DNA from: Desulfobacterales bacterium
GTDB lineage: Bacteria > Desulfobacterota > Desulfobacteria > Desulfobacterales > UBA2174
Assembly: GCA_963668645.2 (NCBI GenBank)
Contig: CAXXWC010000010.1
Coordinates: 352,001 to 416,000 of the forward strand
DNA length: 64,000 nt
Reading direction: 5' to 3'
Shown: in pieces, positions 20,414-30,074 of the stretch
How the letters are laid out: each line of letters opens with the position of its first letter
Position numbering within the stretch: the stretch's first letter is position 1
Notes under the pieces: generated by a model
What the model saw: the letters and a program-made list of their open reading frames with translations, nothing else
The model's database searches: none
What the model was told of the DNA's origin: nothing
Position numbers and translations under genes: made by a program

Positions 20414-21526
20414 ATGGACACCGGAAAAAAAATGTATCGGATCACCCTATGCTTCGCCATGATCGTATCGGTGGTGTGCGTCATCGGAAACGTGGTGTCC
20501 GGATTTCCTTTCGCGGCGAGCATCAAATGGATCGTTCTTTTTGGAGTATCCCTGCTCGCCGGCCTGGCCACAAGGCACGAGCGGACCTATCCGGTGGGCC
20601 GGTTTTGTTTTTTCCTGTTCCTGATTGCCGGCTTCCTGCCGGTTGCCTTCATCGATTCGGGGGGCAGCAACAACAATGCCCTGGGCTATACGTTTCTGTT
20701 AGCCATCGCTGTCACCTATCTGTTTACGGGTCGGCAACGGGTCGTGCTGATCGTGTTGCTGATTTCGGTGTTTGCGATGTTACTGCTGCTTGAATACTTT
20801 TCCCCCCAGTGGATCACCCAGTATCCGCCTTCAAGCCAACTGATCGATCGGCTGATACAGGTGCCGATGCAAATCATCGCCGCTTTTCTGATCGTCCGCA
20901 TGTACGCCGGAGCCTATGACCAGGCCAACCGGCAACTGGCAACCGAGCGGTGGAATCTGGAACATTCCATGGAAAAACTCTCCTTGTCGGAAAAGCAACT
21001 GCAAGAGGCCAACCGTGCCCTTGAAGAGCTGCGGATCACGGACAAGCTGACCCAGATCTTCAACCGCAGCAAAATAGACGAAGTGCTGGATCTGGAAATG
21101 GCGCGGTTTCGACGATCCGGGGCGGTTTTTTGCATTGCGATGATCGATATCGACCACTTCAAGGCGGTCAACGATACTTACGGCCACCAGGCAGGAGACG
21201 TGGTGCTGGCGGAATTCGCCCGCCGGCTAAAGGCCGGTATTCGCAAAACGGACTTTGTCGGAAGATGGGGCGGGGAAGAGTTCCTGATCCTGTTTCCCGA
21301 TACCGAACTGGTCAATGCCTACCGAAAAACACAACAATTGCTCGAGGACCTCGGAAAATCGCCCTTTCCCGCTGCCGGCCGGATGACTTTCAGCGCCGGT
21401 GTGGCCTGCGCCGATTCCGGCGCCACGGCCGGCGAGATGATCCGTCAGGCCGACCAGGCTTTGTATTCGGCTAAAAAAGGCGGGCGCAGCCAGGTAATTT
21501 GCAATCAGGCCGAAGCACATCTCTGA
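20414..21526 (+). CDS. Membrane-bound diguanylate cyclase
   Basis: N-terminal TM helices; DIDHFKAVNDTYGHQAGD, RWGGEEF. Confidence 0.92.
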   Translation: MDTGKKMYRITLCFAMIVSVVCVIGNVVSGFPFAASIKWIVLFGVSLLAGLATRHERTYPVGRFCFFLFLIAGFLPVAFIDSGGSNNNALGYTFLLAIAVTYLFTGRQRVVLIVLLISVFAMLLLLEYFSPQWITQYPPSSQLIDRLIQVPMQIIAAFLIVRMYAGAYDQANRQLATERWNLEHSMEKLSLSEKQLQEANRALEELRITDKLTQIFNRSKIDEVLDLEMARFRRSGAVFCIAMIDIDHFKAVNDTYGHQAGDVVLAEFARRLKAGIRKTDFVGRWGGEEFLILFPDTELVNAYRKTQQLLEDLGKSPFPAAGRMTFSAGVACADSGATAGEMIRQADQALYSAKKGGRSQVICNQAEAHL

Positions 21527-21690
21527 CGCAAATCACCACACGAACCCTTTTTTGGCCGTTCAGGATCGCAAGCAGCGGCCGGGCCGCCCATTGGATGAAC
21601 GGCCCTTCCGATTCAGACAAAACACGGTCCAAAGCGACGCCGGCCGATCCGGACCGAGTCCTCTGCCGGCCCTATGCCGCACTCAGCCGG

Positions 21691-22311
21691 TCACTTACCG
21701 GCGCCATCCTCATACAAAGACGCCAAAGGATCGCGGCCGTTGGGCGCCATGGCACCGAAGGGTTCGAAGCGGCCAATGGCCGCAGCGGTGCAAAAATGCA
21801 TCCCCTGGCGGCTGCCGGTCATCATCAGGGGCCGGGCCCGCTCGAGATCCAGGGCACCGTCTTCGCCGAGCACCGCGTCATCCACCTCCAGGCGCACCAC
21901 CTTGCCGATGATCAGCACGTAGGCCTTTTCCTCGTAAAGCTTGTCCAGCCTGCATTCCATCCAGCCGTAACAGCCGGCGATGCCCGGCGCCGCAATCTCC
22001 ACCGACGGCCGCGCGGTCAGTCCGGCCAGCTCGAACTCGTCGGCCTCGGGCGGCGAAAAGCGGGCCGTGGGAATCACCGCATCGGCCATGTCGACCCCGG
22101 CCAGATTGACCACGAACTCGCCGGTGGCGCGGATGTTGACCAGGGTATCGCGGCGGTGGGCCGACGCCACGGCCACCAGGTCCAGCGGCCGCAGGATCGG
22201 CATCAGACAGCCGTAGGGAGCGATGTTGCGGATCCCGCTGGCGCTGACCGTGGAGATCATGGCCACCGGCAGCGGGATGAAGCCTTCGCGCATGAACGGT
22301 TTGAAAAGCAT
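21691..22311 (-). CDS. Flavin reductase-like (split-barrel) protein
   Basis: PLPVAMISTV, NIAPY, DTLVNIRATGEFVVN, MECRL. Confidence 0.85.
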   Translation of the reverse strand: MLFKPFMREGFIPLPVAMISTVSASGIRNIAPYGCLMPILRPLDLVAVASAHRRDTLVNIRATGEFVVNLAGVDMADAVIPTARFSPPEADEFELAGLTARPSVEIAAPGIAGCYGWMECRLDKLYEEKAYVLIIGKVVRLEVDDAVLGEDGALDLERARPLMMTGSRQGMHFCTAAAIGRFEPFGAMAPNGRDPLASLYEDGAGK

Positions 22312-22362
22312 TCAGATCCTCATCTATCGTTTATGGTTTGACTTGCTCGATGCACCAGGATG

Positions 22363-23424
22363 TCACCAGGATGCATCCCTGCCCAGGATCGCCTCGATGG
22401 GGTTGGCCCCCATACGGACCAGGGCGTCCATATCAGCCCGGTTTTTAAGTTCCTTGGTCTTGACCACCGAAACGAACCGCTCGGGCGATCCCGTCTCGTG
22501 AAAGAGGTATTTGACGTACCAGACATGAAGCCAGGACATGGTTTTCCAGTCCATTTCAAGGTCCGGTTCGCCCAGAAATTGTTTGAACTTGTCCCAGCCC
22601 CAATCGAAGCGCAGCAGGTCGGCTTTTCCCCGTCCGGTTCGGGCGTTGAACCGGATGACGATGCCCCCCAGATCGGAAAACGTTTGTTGATCCGTCTTCC
22701 AGGCCCGGGACCAGGGGTAGGCCATGGTGTAATAGCCGTGCTTTCCCGGTGTCAGGTTTAAGTAATACATCAGATAGTCATCCTGGCACCAGGCCGGTGC
22801 GCCGATATAGGCATATCTTTCCCCCTCGGCCAGGGGCAGGCGGTCTGTGATGAACCTGGCCGTGAAGTACCCGCTGGCCACCCCGCAGCAGAAATGGTCG
22901 TGAAAGCAGGCTGCCGCGACAAGGTCGGCCGGCATGCCGTCGGCCCAGCCGTTGGCCAGACTCACGATGGAAAAGGCCTTCGGGCCGAAAACGGCTTGAA
23001 AAGGCTCAAAGGACCGGTGCTTGGCCACATAGATGTCCAACGGGGCCGAAGCCCGGACCCGGCCTGCCGCGACGGTCACGTAGACCGCCGGCAAGTGCGT
23101 ATCGTCCTGGCGCCGGACAAATGCGAACCAGAGCGGCTCGTCCGGCCGGCCATGGACCGCCAGCAGATTCCCCCTTCCCAGGCTGATCCGGGCGCATCCA
23201 GAAATCGTGTCGAACAGGATGCGGGTATCCTGACCGCCGGGCCGGGCGTATCCGGCATTGGTCAGGCAGGCCAGCGTCCCGTCCTCGGGTCCTGCCCCGA
23301 GCCGCTCCAGGGCCGCTTCCACCGCCTGCTGGCCTGCCGCCTCCACGTTTATCTCTTCTGCCCCCGCCAGGGCGCTCCATCCCAGCAGGAAACTTATCAG
23401 GACCGTGCTCAGAAACGTTTTCAT
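22363..23424 (-). CDS. FmdE-family protein with signal peptide
   Basis: FHDHFCCGVASG and PAWCQDD motifs; signal peptide ending ALA-GA. Confidence 0.7.
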   Translation of the reverse strand: MKTFLSTVLISFLLGWSALAGAEEINVEAAGQQAVEAALERLGAGPEDGTLACLTNAGYARPGGQDTRILFDTISGCARISLGRGNLLAVHGRPDEPLWFAFVRRQDDTHLPAVYVTVAAGRVRASAPLDIYVAKHRSFEPFQAVFGPKAFSIVSLANGWADGMPADLVAAACFHDHFCCGVASGYFTARFITDRLPLAEGERYAYIGAPAWCQDDYLMYYLNLTPGKHGYYTMAYPWSRAWKTDQQTFSDLGGIVIRFNARTGRGKADLLRFDWGWDKFKQFLGEPDLEMDWKTMSWLHVWYVKYLFHETGSPERFVSVVKTKELKNRADMDALVRMGANPIEAILGRDASW

Positions 23425-23434
23425 GAGACCTCCT

Positions 23435-25579
23435 TTAAAAGCTTACGCTCAGACCGGCCATGACGGTCGCCCCGGCCATGGGATAGCCGTCGTCTTCCTC
23501 ATAGTCTTCGTCCAGCAGGTTTTCCACGGCAACAATCGCCCGCCACCGGCTCCATGTGTTTTTCCAGAAAAGGTATGATCCGGAAAGATTGACCTTTGTG
23601 TAAGCGCTGTCGGTAACCAGTGCATTACCGGAAATCCGATCCCGGCGGCCGACATAGTTCAGCGAAAGATTGGCGGACAGATCGGACCTCGGCGTCCACT
23701 GGAGCCCGAAGTTGAACATCGTCTCGGGAAGATCGGGCACTTCTCCGGTCAAGCGGTTGTCCGTGTCCCAGGGATCGTCGTCTTTTTCACCTTCCTGCCA
23801 TGTGGCATTCGCCCAGCAGCGCAGGCCGAAAGGCAGGGTGGTTGCGATTTCCACTTCGGCGCCGTGGATGTCCACTTCCCCGATATTGTAGTAAACGCTC
23901 AAAGAGCTGCCCGCAAGCCGGGTCGAGGTGATGTAGTTTTCGACATCGTAATAGTAGCCACGCACCGTTAAGTCGATGGATTCGAGAAAGTGTTGATTGT
24001 AGGAAAGCTCGTACTGGCGCGCCTCTTCAGCCTTCAGATCCGTGTTCAGATACCCTTCCTGATTGTTCAGATACCACCAGAAGTACTCCGGAGAATTGGG
24101 ATAGCGATGCGTCACGCCGAAACGGGCCTCCACCGTGGCCGTCTGCCAGGGGCGAAAAATCAGGGCCAGACGCGGGTCCAGATTCTTTTCATCCAGATCC
24201 GTTACGCCGGTGCTCCATTCAAAGCCGAAGGCCGCAGGATCGATGCTGTCGGCTTTAAAATGTTCGCCGCGCAGCCCCATTTCCAGATCCAGCAGTTCGC
24301 TGAGCCGCCATCGATCCTGGAGGTAAAGGGCCTGGTAGGTCAGACAACCGGGCTGCCCCACGAATCCGTCGGTGACATAAGGCGCGCGCGCGTTGATGGT
24401 GGCTTCATTGAAATAGGCCATATCGATGTAATCCACGCTCTGGTCGCCCCATCCGTAACGGCGCATCTCGCCGCCGGCCTCGATCTGGTGGGACCCGAAG
24501 GTGAAGGTCGCCTCGCCCTGGATGGCCCAGTTGTTATCCTCGGCTTCGGTGGTCCGCTGGTAGATCAATTTACCCGGATCGTTGGCATCGTAGTAGAACT
24601 CGGTGCGCTCCTGGTTCCAGAGCCTAAAATCGATCTTGGCCCGGCCCGCATCGTAGCTCTTGGCGATAAAGGCGGTCAGGGCCGTATTTTCATCCTCGGC
24701 GTAACTTTCGTCGCCCCAGTATTTGCCCTTGAGCAAAAACCCCATGGCACCCGGTCCGCCGATGGTCTTGGCGTCCGCCGATGGTTCCGAAGGATCGTAA
24801 TACGGGCTGTCGGGCCGATTGTAGACCGCAAACCCCGTATCCATGTTCGAGTAGCTCAGGCCGGCGCCGACCTGAAAACGGTTGGGCAGATCGTAGGTAA
24901 CGCTGCCGTTGAAGTTCTTGCGGTCGACAAAATTATTGCGAAGATACCCGTCGCTTTCGAACTGGCTGGCCGCCAGGGACCAGCCCACAGGACCCGCCTT
25001 GGCGCTGTGATTGAAGCGCGCGTCCCAGGTGCCCAGGCTGCCGGCGGTAAAAGTGACGTCGCTTTTCGGTTCTTCCGTCGGCTCCCTTGAAACGATGTTC
25101 ACCACGCCGCCCAAGGTATTGCCGAATTTGGCGGGACCGGCTCCCCGGTGAATCTCGATGCGCTCGACGGACTCGGGGGAAATGGCACCCCAGTCGACCT
25201 GGCCGCTGCCGTAAGAGCCGTCGCGTTGCAGTGATACGCCGTCGGACAAGATGCGCAACCGGGTCTCACCGAAGCCTCGGATACGCAGACTGCCCGTGTT
25301 GTTGCCAGCCAGAGTGGACCGTTGCAGTTGAACGCCGGCCTGATTGGCCAGCTTATCGAGGATCGAGCCTGAAACCGAGGGTTCTTCGAGAACCTGCGCC
25401 GGAATCACATCCTGGACATATTCCGGCACCTGGTCGGACTGTTTTTCGGTGACCACCACGTCTTCAAGTTTTTCGACCGGTTGGGTTTCCTGCGATGGCG
25501 ACGGCTCCTGAGCCATCGCAGGCGAAAAGAGCAACATTACCAGCAAAGCGCTTATCCACACAGTTTCGGAGGTCTTCAT
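23435..25579 (-). CDS. TonB-dependent receptor
   Basis: Signal peptide, LEDVVVT, IRGF, VERIEIHRG, GGVVNIVS, terminal F; ATG 25579 with GAAAGGA RBS. Confidence 0.92.
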   Translation of the reverse strand: MKTSETVWISALLVMLLFSPAMAQEPSPSQETQPVEKLEDVVVTEKQSDQVPEYVQDVIPAQVLEEPSVSGSILDKLANQAGVQLQRSTLAGNNTGSLRIRGFGETRLRILSDGVSLQRDGSYGSGQVDWGAISPESVERIEIHRGAGPAKFGNTLGGVVNIVSREPTEEPKSDVTFTAGSLGTWDARFNHSAKAGPVGWSLAASQFESDGYLRNNFVDRKNFNGSVTYDLPNRFQVGAGLSYSNMDTGFAVYNRPDSPYYDPSEPSADAKTIGGPGAMGFLLKGKYWGDESYAEDENTALTAFIAKSYDAGRAKIDFRLWNQERTEFYYDANDPGKLIYQRTTEAEDNNWAIQGEATFTFGSHQIEAGGEMRRYGWGDQSVDYIDMAYFNEATINARAPYVTDGFVGQPGCLTYQALYLQDRWRLSELLDLEMGLRGEHFKADSIDPAAFGFEWSTGVTDLDEKNLDPRLALIFRPWQTATVEARFGVTHRYPNSPEYFWWYLNNQEGYLNTDLKAEEARQYELSYNQHFLESIDLTVRGYYYDVENYITSTRLAGSSLSVYYNIGEVDIHGAEVEIATTLPFGLRCWANATWQEGEKDDDPWDTDNRLTGEVPDLPETMFNFGLQWTPRSDLSANLSLNYVGRRDRISGNALVTDSAYTKVNLSGSYLFWKNTWSRWRAIVAVENLLDEDYEEDDGYPMAGATVMAGLSVSF

Positions 25580-25640
25580 CGAGTTGTTCCTTTCAGTTGT
25601 CAAAAGACGGCAAACATCATCATCTTCAATCCTCCCCTTG

Positions 25641-25737
25641 AAAAACAAAAAACCACCAAGGCCGGTGTTCCTGCGGAACACATCGAACCTTCGTGGTTCA
25701 CTTGCGATACACGTGTTGACTCGAGGGCTTCAGCCCT
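25641..25737 (-). promoter_or_regulatory. Tandem YGAA-hairpin attenuator candidate A
   Basis: AGGGC-TGAA-GCCCT then GAACC-ACGAA-GGTTC overlapping terminator AACCACGAAGG...CCTTGGTGGTT-TTTT. Confidence 0.65.
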
Positions 25738-25776
25738 GCGGTGAATGGCGGCTTGGGGCGTACGGCGGGCCCGGCG

Positions 25777-26292
25777 CTAAAGGCCCAGATGGATCATGAT
25801 CAGTACGGCATCTTCCTGGACATCGAGGCAGTGCGGCTGCAGCGCCTTGAAACGCACCGCCTCACCCGGTCCCAGATCCAGGATCTGGTCGGCAACGGTC
25901 AGCCTTATCCGGCCCGACACGACGAGACACGTCTCACGGGTCAGTCCGTGCAGCTCCGGCTCGAATACGCTTCGGGTACCGGCCGGGGCCGAGAGCACGA
26001 ACAGGTCGCCGTCGGAAAAGACGAGCTGGCGGCCGGTGAGCCCGTCGCGTTGAAAAGTGCGCGCCTGAGGCTGTTCGGCGACCGTGCGCTCCGCCAGTTG
26101 CAGCAATTCACTGGGGGCCAGACCGAGGGATTCGGCCAGCACCCCCAGGGTGCCCACGGTGGGGTTGCCGTTGTTGGCCTCGATCTTGGCCACCGTGACC
26201 CGCGTCAGACCGGCTTTGGCCGCCAGTTCATCTGCAGTCATACCCCGCTTCATGCGAAGGCTGCGAATAACCGAAAAATCGTATTGAAGCAT
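25777..26292 (-). CDS. XRE HTH-cupin transcriptional regulator
   Basis: IRSLRMKRGMTADELAAKAGLTRVTVAKIE; cupin E..LVVSG..LGPGEAVRF. Confidence 0.85.
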   Translation of the reverse strand: MLQYDFSVIRSLRMKRGMTADELAAKAGLTRVTVAKIEANNGNPTVGTLGVLAESLGLAPSELLQLAERTVAEQPQARTFQRDGLTGRQLVFSDGDLFVLSAPAGTRSVFEPELHGLTRETCLVVSGRIRLTVADQILDLGPGEAVRFKALQPHCLDVQEDAVLIMIHLGL

Positions 26293-26446
26293 CACAGGGC
26301 CTGGGTCGAAGGCTGACCTAAAAAATTAAAGTATACACCATGTAAAAAATAGTATCATTTCTGTCAAGAAGATTTTCCCTGCCCCTGCACAAAGCGCGAT
26401 CGGCCTTGACATCCGGCCTCCGCCGTTTTATCGGTAACGTAAAAGA

Positions 26447-26591
26447 TCGACCGTGCGAAGCGGTCGAATGTATCTGATTTTTTATGGCCGGACTTTTTTC
26501 AGGCAACACCGGCCGCCTGCTTTTATCCCTTTTGACGAACAAAAGGCCGATGGTCCGATCGGGTAAACCCCGGCGGCTGATCGGCCTTTTT
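26447..26591 (+). promoter_or_regulatory. Tandem YGAA-hairpin attenuator candidate E
   Basis: TCGACCGT-GCGAA-GCGGTCGA (26447-26467); CCTTTTG-ACGAA-CAAAAGG (26528-26546) overlapping terminator AAAAGGCCGAT...ATCGGCCTTTTT; TTGACA at 26406. Confidence 0.65.
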
Positions 26592-26606
26592 CATCATAGA
26601 GGCATC

Positions 26607-27032
26607 TTGAGGAAACGAATCTGTGTTATCGACGGCCAGGGAGGCGGCATCGGCGCCACCGTAATACGCTACCTGAAAGAAGCCTGCGGCGAGTCGGTGG
26701 ATCTGATCGCCCTGGGCACCAACGCCATCGCCACAGCCCAGATGCTCAAAGCCGGAGCCAATCGGGGTGCCACCGGAGAAAGCGCCGTATCGCGCACGGC
26801 GTACCAGGTCGATTGCATCGTCGGCCCCATTGCCATCTCGTGGGCCAACGCCATGCTCGGCGAGGTGACTCCGTCCATGGCCGAAGCGGTCACCTCCAGT
26901 GAGGCCGTTAAGCTGTTGCTGCCACTGACCCAGGAAAACATCACGATTGTGGGAGCGGCCCAAGAGCCTTTGCCCCACCTGGTTCAAAGCCTGGTGGAAA
27001 AATTGAAAAAGGAGGTATTGTCAGATGTGTGA
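26607..27032 (+). CDS. DUF3842 family protein
   Basis: ICVIDGQGGGIG, ALGTNAIATAQMLKAGANRGATGE, AMLGEVTP; TTG start after GAGG. Confidence 0.8.
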   Translation: MRKRICVIDGQGGGIGATVIRYLKEACGESVDLIALGTNAIATAQMLKAGANRGATGESAVSRTAYQVDCIVGPIAISWANAMLGEVTPSMAEAVTSSEAVKLLLPLTQENITIVGAAQEPLPHLVQSLVEKLKKEVLSDV

Positions 27033-27222
27033 AGCCAACGCGTACCTGCTCAAGGAAGGCCGTGAGGAGCTGGTTCTGGAAGCCGTGGATCTCATCGAGC
27101 CGGAGGATGAAAACTCCTGGCGGCTGGTGAGCATCTTCGGTGAGCAAAAAATCCTGCGAGGCCGCATTTGCGGCATGCAACTGGTGGACCATAAGATCCT
27201 TTTCCAGCCGGAAGCCGGTTGA
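27025..27222 (+). CDS. cooT: CooT family nickel-binding protein
   Basis: MCEANAY N-terminal Cys, SIFGEQK, LVDHKI; 65 aa; AGGAGG RBS. Confidence 0.85.
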   Translation: MCEANAYLLKEGREELVLEAVDLIEPEDENSWRLVSIFGEQKILRGRICGMQLVDHKILFQPEAG

Positions 27223-27255
27223 CCTGATCCACAGCCCCGGATAAGGAATGAATCC

Positions 27256-27361
27256 AGGGACCTGAAGGTCCCTCGCATTCCGTAGCACCTCCAATATTCC
27301 TATAAACCAAAGGCCACGAAGGCTAAGGCATTTTTGCCGACCGCCGGCGTGGCCTTTTTTT
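27256..27361 (+). promoter_or_regulatory. Tandem YGAA-hairpin attenuator candidate B
   Basis: AGGGACC-TGAA-GGTCCCT; GGCC-ACGAA-GGCT overlapping terminator AAAGGCCACG...CGTGGCCTTT-TTTT. Confidence 0.65.
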
Positions 27362-27404
27362 CGGCCATCCGCCCGCGGCGGCCCGACGGGCAAAGAGGCG
27401 AACG

Positions 27405-28370
27405 ATGGACTGCGTCGTGGCCCTGCGATCGATCCGTTACGATCTGCTCGACTACATCCAGCAGAAGGTGGCGGTGGATTTTCACCCCGGCCTGCAACAC
27501 CCGGCCGGTTTCGTTTACATGCAGCGGCGCCACCGCGTTACCTGCACCCTGGGCCGGTACCGGACCCGCCAGGATCTTGGCATCAACGGATACCTGGTGC
27601 AGACCGAAAGCGGCCAGGTGTTTTTTCTCTATTTCGACCCGCGCGAACACCCCGTTGATCGCCGCGGCTGCCTTGGCAACTGGGTTCTGAGCTTCCGTAT
27701 TCTGGACGATCTGGAACTGATGGTCCTGTATCGCGAGGATCGCAAAATGCTGCTCAATATGTCCCTCAAACGGATCGTGGACTTTCACGGCCACCTTTGC
27801 CCGGACCTGGTGATCGGCGCCAAGGTGGCGCATTACGCCCAAGCGCTTGTGGCCGGCAACGGGCAGGCCTCCGAACTCGGTGCCGTGGTGGCCGAAAACT
27901 GCACTTCGGCCCTGGACGCCATTCAGGTCCTGCTCGGCATGACAATGGGCAATCGCCGTTTGACGATCATCAATTACGGCAAGCACAACTACACCCTCAT
28001 CATGAACGGGAGAAGACCAGGCCACCGGCTGGCACTGCGGCCGCTGGATTTCCCGGATGGGGAATCCTACATCGATCTGGCGCAAAAAATCGCTTCCGAC
28101 AACGCCACCCTGGACGACGTGGTGGCTATGCAGCGGCTGCTGGACGATCGCACCTGCTGGTTGCTGGCCCGCCGGCCCGAAGACCTGTTCGACATCACCC
28201 GGGTGATCGGCGCCCAGATTCAAACCGAAGTGCCGACGGTCCTGGCGATTTGCGCCCAATGCGGCCAGCCGACGCTCCGGCATCGCGGGGTGGAATACGA
28301 CGGCGGCATCTGGTGCCTGCCCTGTTTTCGGAAAATACACCGGAATAATTGCCTGCCCTACCTGCACTGA
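27405..28370 (+). CDS. FmdE-family protein with extra N-terminal domain and C-terminal zinc finger
   Basis: FHGHLCPDLVIG, ENCTSALDAIQ, GNRRL, CAQCG...CLPC; about 115 extra N-terminal residues. Confidence 0.8.
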   Translation: MDCVVALRSIRYDLLDYIQQKVAVDFHPGLQHPAGFVYMQRRHRVTCTLGRYRTRQDLGINGYLVQTESGQVFFLYFDPREHPVDRRGCLGNWVLSFRILDDLELMVLYREDRKMLLNMSLKRIVDFHGHLCPDLVIGAKVAHYAQALVAGNGQASELGAVVAENCTSALDAIQVLLGMTMGNRRLTIINYGKHNYTLIMNGRRPGHRLALRPLDFPDGESYIDLAQKIASDNATLDDVVAMQRLLDDRTCWLLARRPEDLFDITRVIGAQIQTEVPTVLAICAQCGQPTLRHRGVEYDGGIWCLPCFRKIHRNNCLPYLH

Positions 28371-28597
28371 AACCTTCTCCCGGCGTTACGATCGGGCGCA
28401 ACGCAGGGCTCGGTGACCGGAAATGTCCGGCAACGTGCAGGCAGCAAGCACCACACCATAAAGGATGAGGATGCGAGACGGCTGGCTCAGGGATGCGTTC
28501 CTGCCCGCCGGCCCAGCAGCAGTTGAAGAGGATGCCGGTACACATCGCCAAGCGGCATCTGTTTTCTGCCACAACCACCTTCAACAAGGAGGAAAAA

Positions 28598-29398
28598 ATG
28601 AAAATCCCTGAAGGCCACCACCTGCTCTATCAACCCAAATACCGCACCGCCTGTGTCTTCGACCTGCACCCGCGGGGCATGTTCGTTTCACGCCCGCCCC
28701 TTTTACAGCCTTACGGCTACCGGCTGCTGGTGGACGGACAGCACCGTGTACAACTAGAGATAGCCTGGCTGGCGGTGCGCGATGCCGTCGATCCACAGAC
28801 AAACCAGCGCTGTCCATGGGTTCTGGAGAAGGCACTGGTGGCGCTGGATGCCGATCTGGCGCTGGATCCGGCTGTGTTGGGCGAGGCTGTCGGAGAAGAG
28901 GCGATCTGTCGAAAGGTCGCCCGGGACCATGACAAGTGGCGGCAAAGCTATGTCCCCGGCGTGGCGGACGGTTCGGTGGACCGTGACGCCCTCGGCCGCA
29001 AGCTGGACGGCGCCATCCGCGACGCGCGCGAGGCGACACGCCAGAGCTTGCTCGAAAAGAACCTGCCATGGATCGATGCGGCTCTTCCCCGATTGGTCTT
29101 TGACTTTCGCCGCGGGCTGTACACCCTGGTCGACGACCGGCTCTACCCGGATTACTGCGGCCGGGGCGGCAAAGAAAGCGAGGCGGAGCTGTTCCGCAAG
29201 ATAATGGGTTTTTACCGCATCTGCGAGCACGAAGGCGACGACCGCCTGGCCCGGCCCGACGGCAAACGCTGGAACGACGAGGATGAGATCGAGGCGTGCT
29301 GGGTCGGCTTTGCCGGATCGGAGGAGGAGGCCCGCCGGGTGGTTGAAACCATGCGGGCGGTCATCCGCCCTTTGGCCGGAGGCCTGGCCGGATCGTAA
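28598..29398 (+). CDS. Hypothetical protein
   Basis: AAGGAGG RBS, ATG 28598, host-like codon usage; no recognised motif. Confidence 0.7.
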   Translation: MKIPEGHHLLYQPKYRTACVFDLHPRGMFVSRPPLLQPYGYRLLVDGQHRVQLEIAWLAVRDAVDPQTNQRCPWVLEKALVALDADLALDPAVLGEAVGEEAICRKVARDHDKWRQSYVPGVADGSVDRDALGRKLDGAIRDAREATRQSLLEKNLPWIDAALPRLVFDFRRGLYTLVDDRLYPDYCGRGGKESEAELFRKIMGFYRICEHEGDDRLARPDGKRWNDEDEIEACWVGFAGSEEEARRVVETMRAVIRPLAGGLAGS

Positions 29399-29421
29399 TA
29401 ACGAATCAGAGATCTGCCGAC

Positions 29422-29994
29422 ATGCAAACAGGCAAACGTTTCATCAAGGGCATCAGCCAACTGACTCAGGGGACGCATTACAACTACACGGCCGGCGGCC
29501 ACCGGCTGATCAAGTGCAGGCTGCGGCCGCCAGCCGCCGAAGTCACGGCGTTGCACCTGGGCGAGGTCACCTTCGGATTGTATGTGGAAAACGTCGTCCT
29601 TTTCTTTCTATGCCGGATCGGCAGCGGCCCCTGGACGGCGTCACATTACAACTGGTGGCTCAATCCGCCGCCGATGCGTCCCGACCCGCTGGCCGAACTC
29701 GGGGCCGGCGACCGGTGCATGCTGCTGTTCTTCGAGCTGGTGGACGCCGCCGACGGCTGCGTTGCGGCCGAAAAACTGTTTGCCATTTCCCCTGAACCGG
29801 CCGCGATGCTGCGAAGATGCGTCGCGGAGCAGATCGAGGCCATCCTCGATCCGTTCCACCACCTCGATATCGCCGGCCGGGTCCTCGGCCGCCACCCGGA
29901 CCTGTCCTGGATGGCGGCCGAGGCCCGGTGGCTCGAGTGTCCCCACTACGCCGAAAAAGACAGGATCCCGGCCGAAGATGGCCGCCACCGGTAG
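29422..29994 (+). CDS. Hypothetical protein
   Basis: 190-aa ORF in operon position before hydrogenase; no recognised motif. Confidence 0.6.
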   Translation: MQTGKRFIKGISQLTQGTHYNYTAGGHRLIKCRLRPPAAEVTALHLGEVTFGLYVENVVLFFLCRIGSGPWTASHYNWWLNPPPMRPDPLAELGAGDRCMLLFFELVDAADGCVAAEKLFAISPEPAAMLRRCVAEQIEAILDPFHHLDIAGRVLGRHPDLSWMAAEARWLECPHYAEKDRIPAEDGRHR

Positions 29995-30074
29995 CACGCG
30001 TATCCAGGGGCCTTTGCGGGTTCCGCTGCCGCGCGCCCGCACGCCCGTTAACCCGAGGAAAGGAGAAGAACGTC

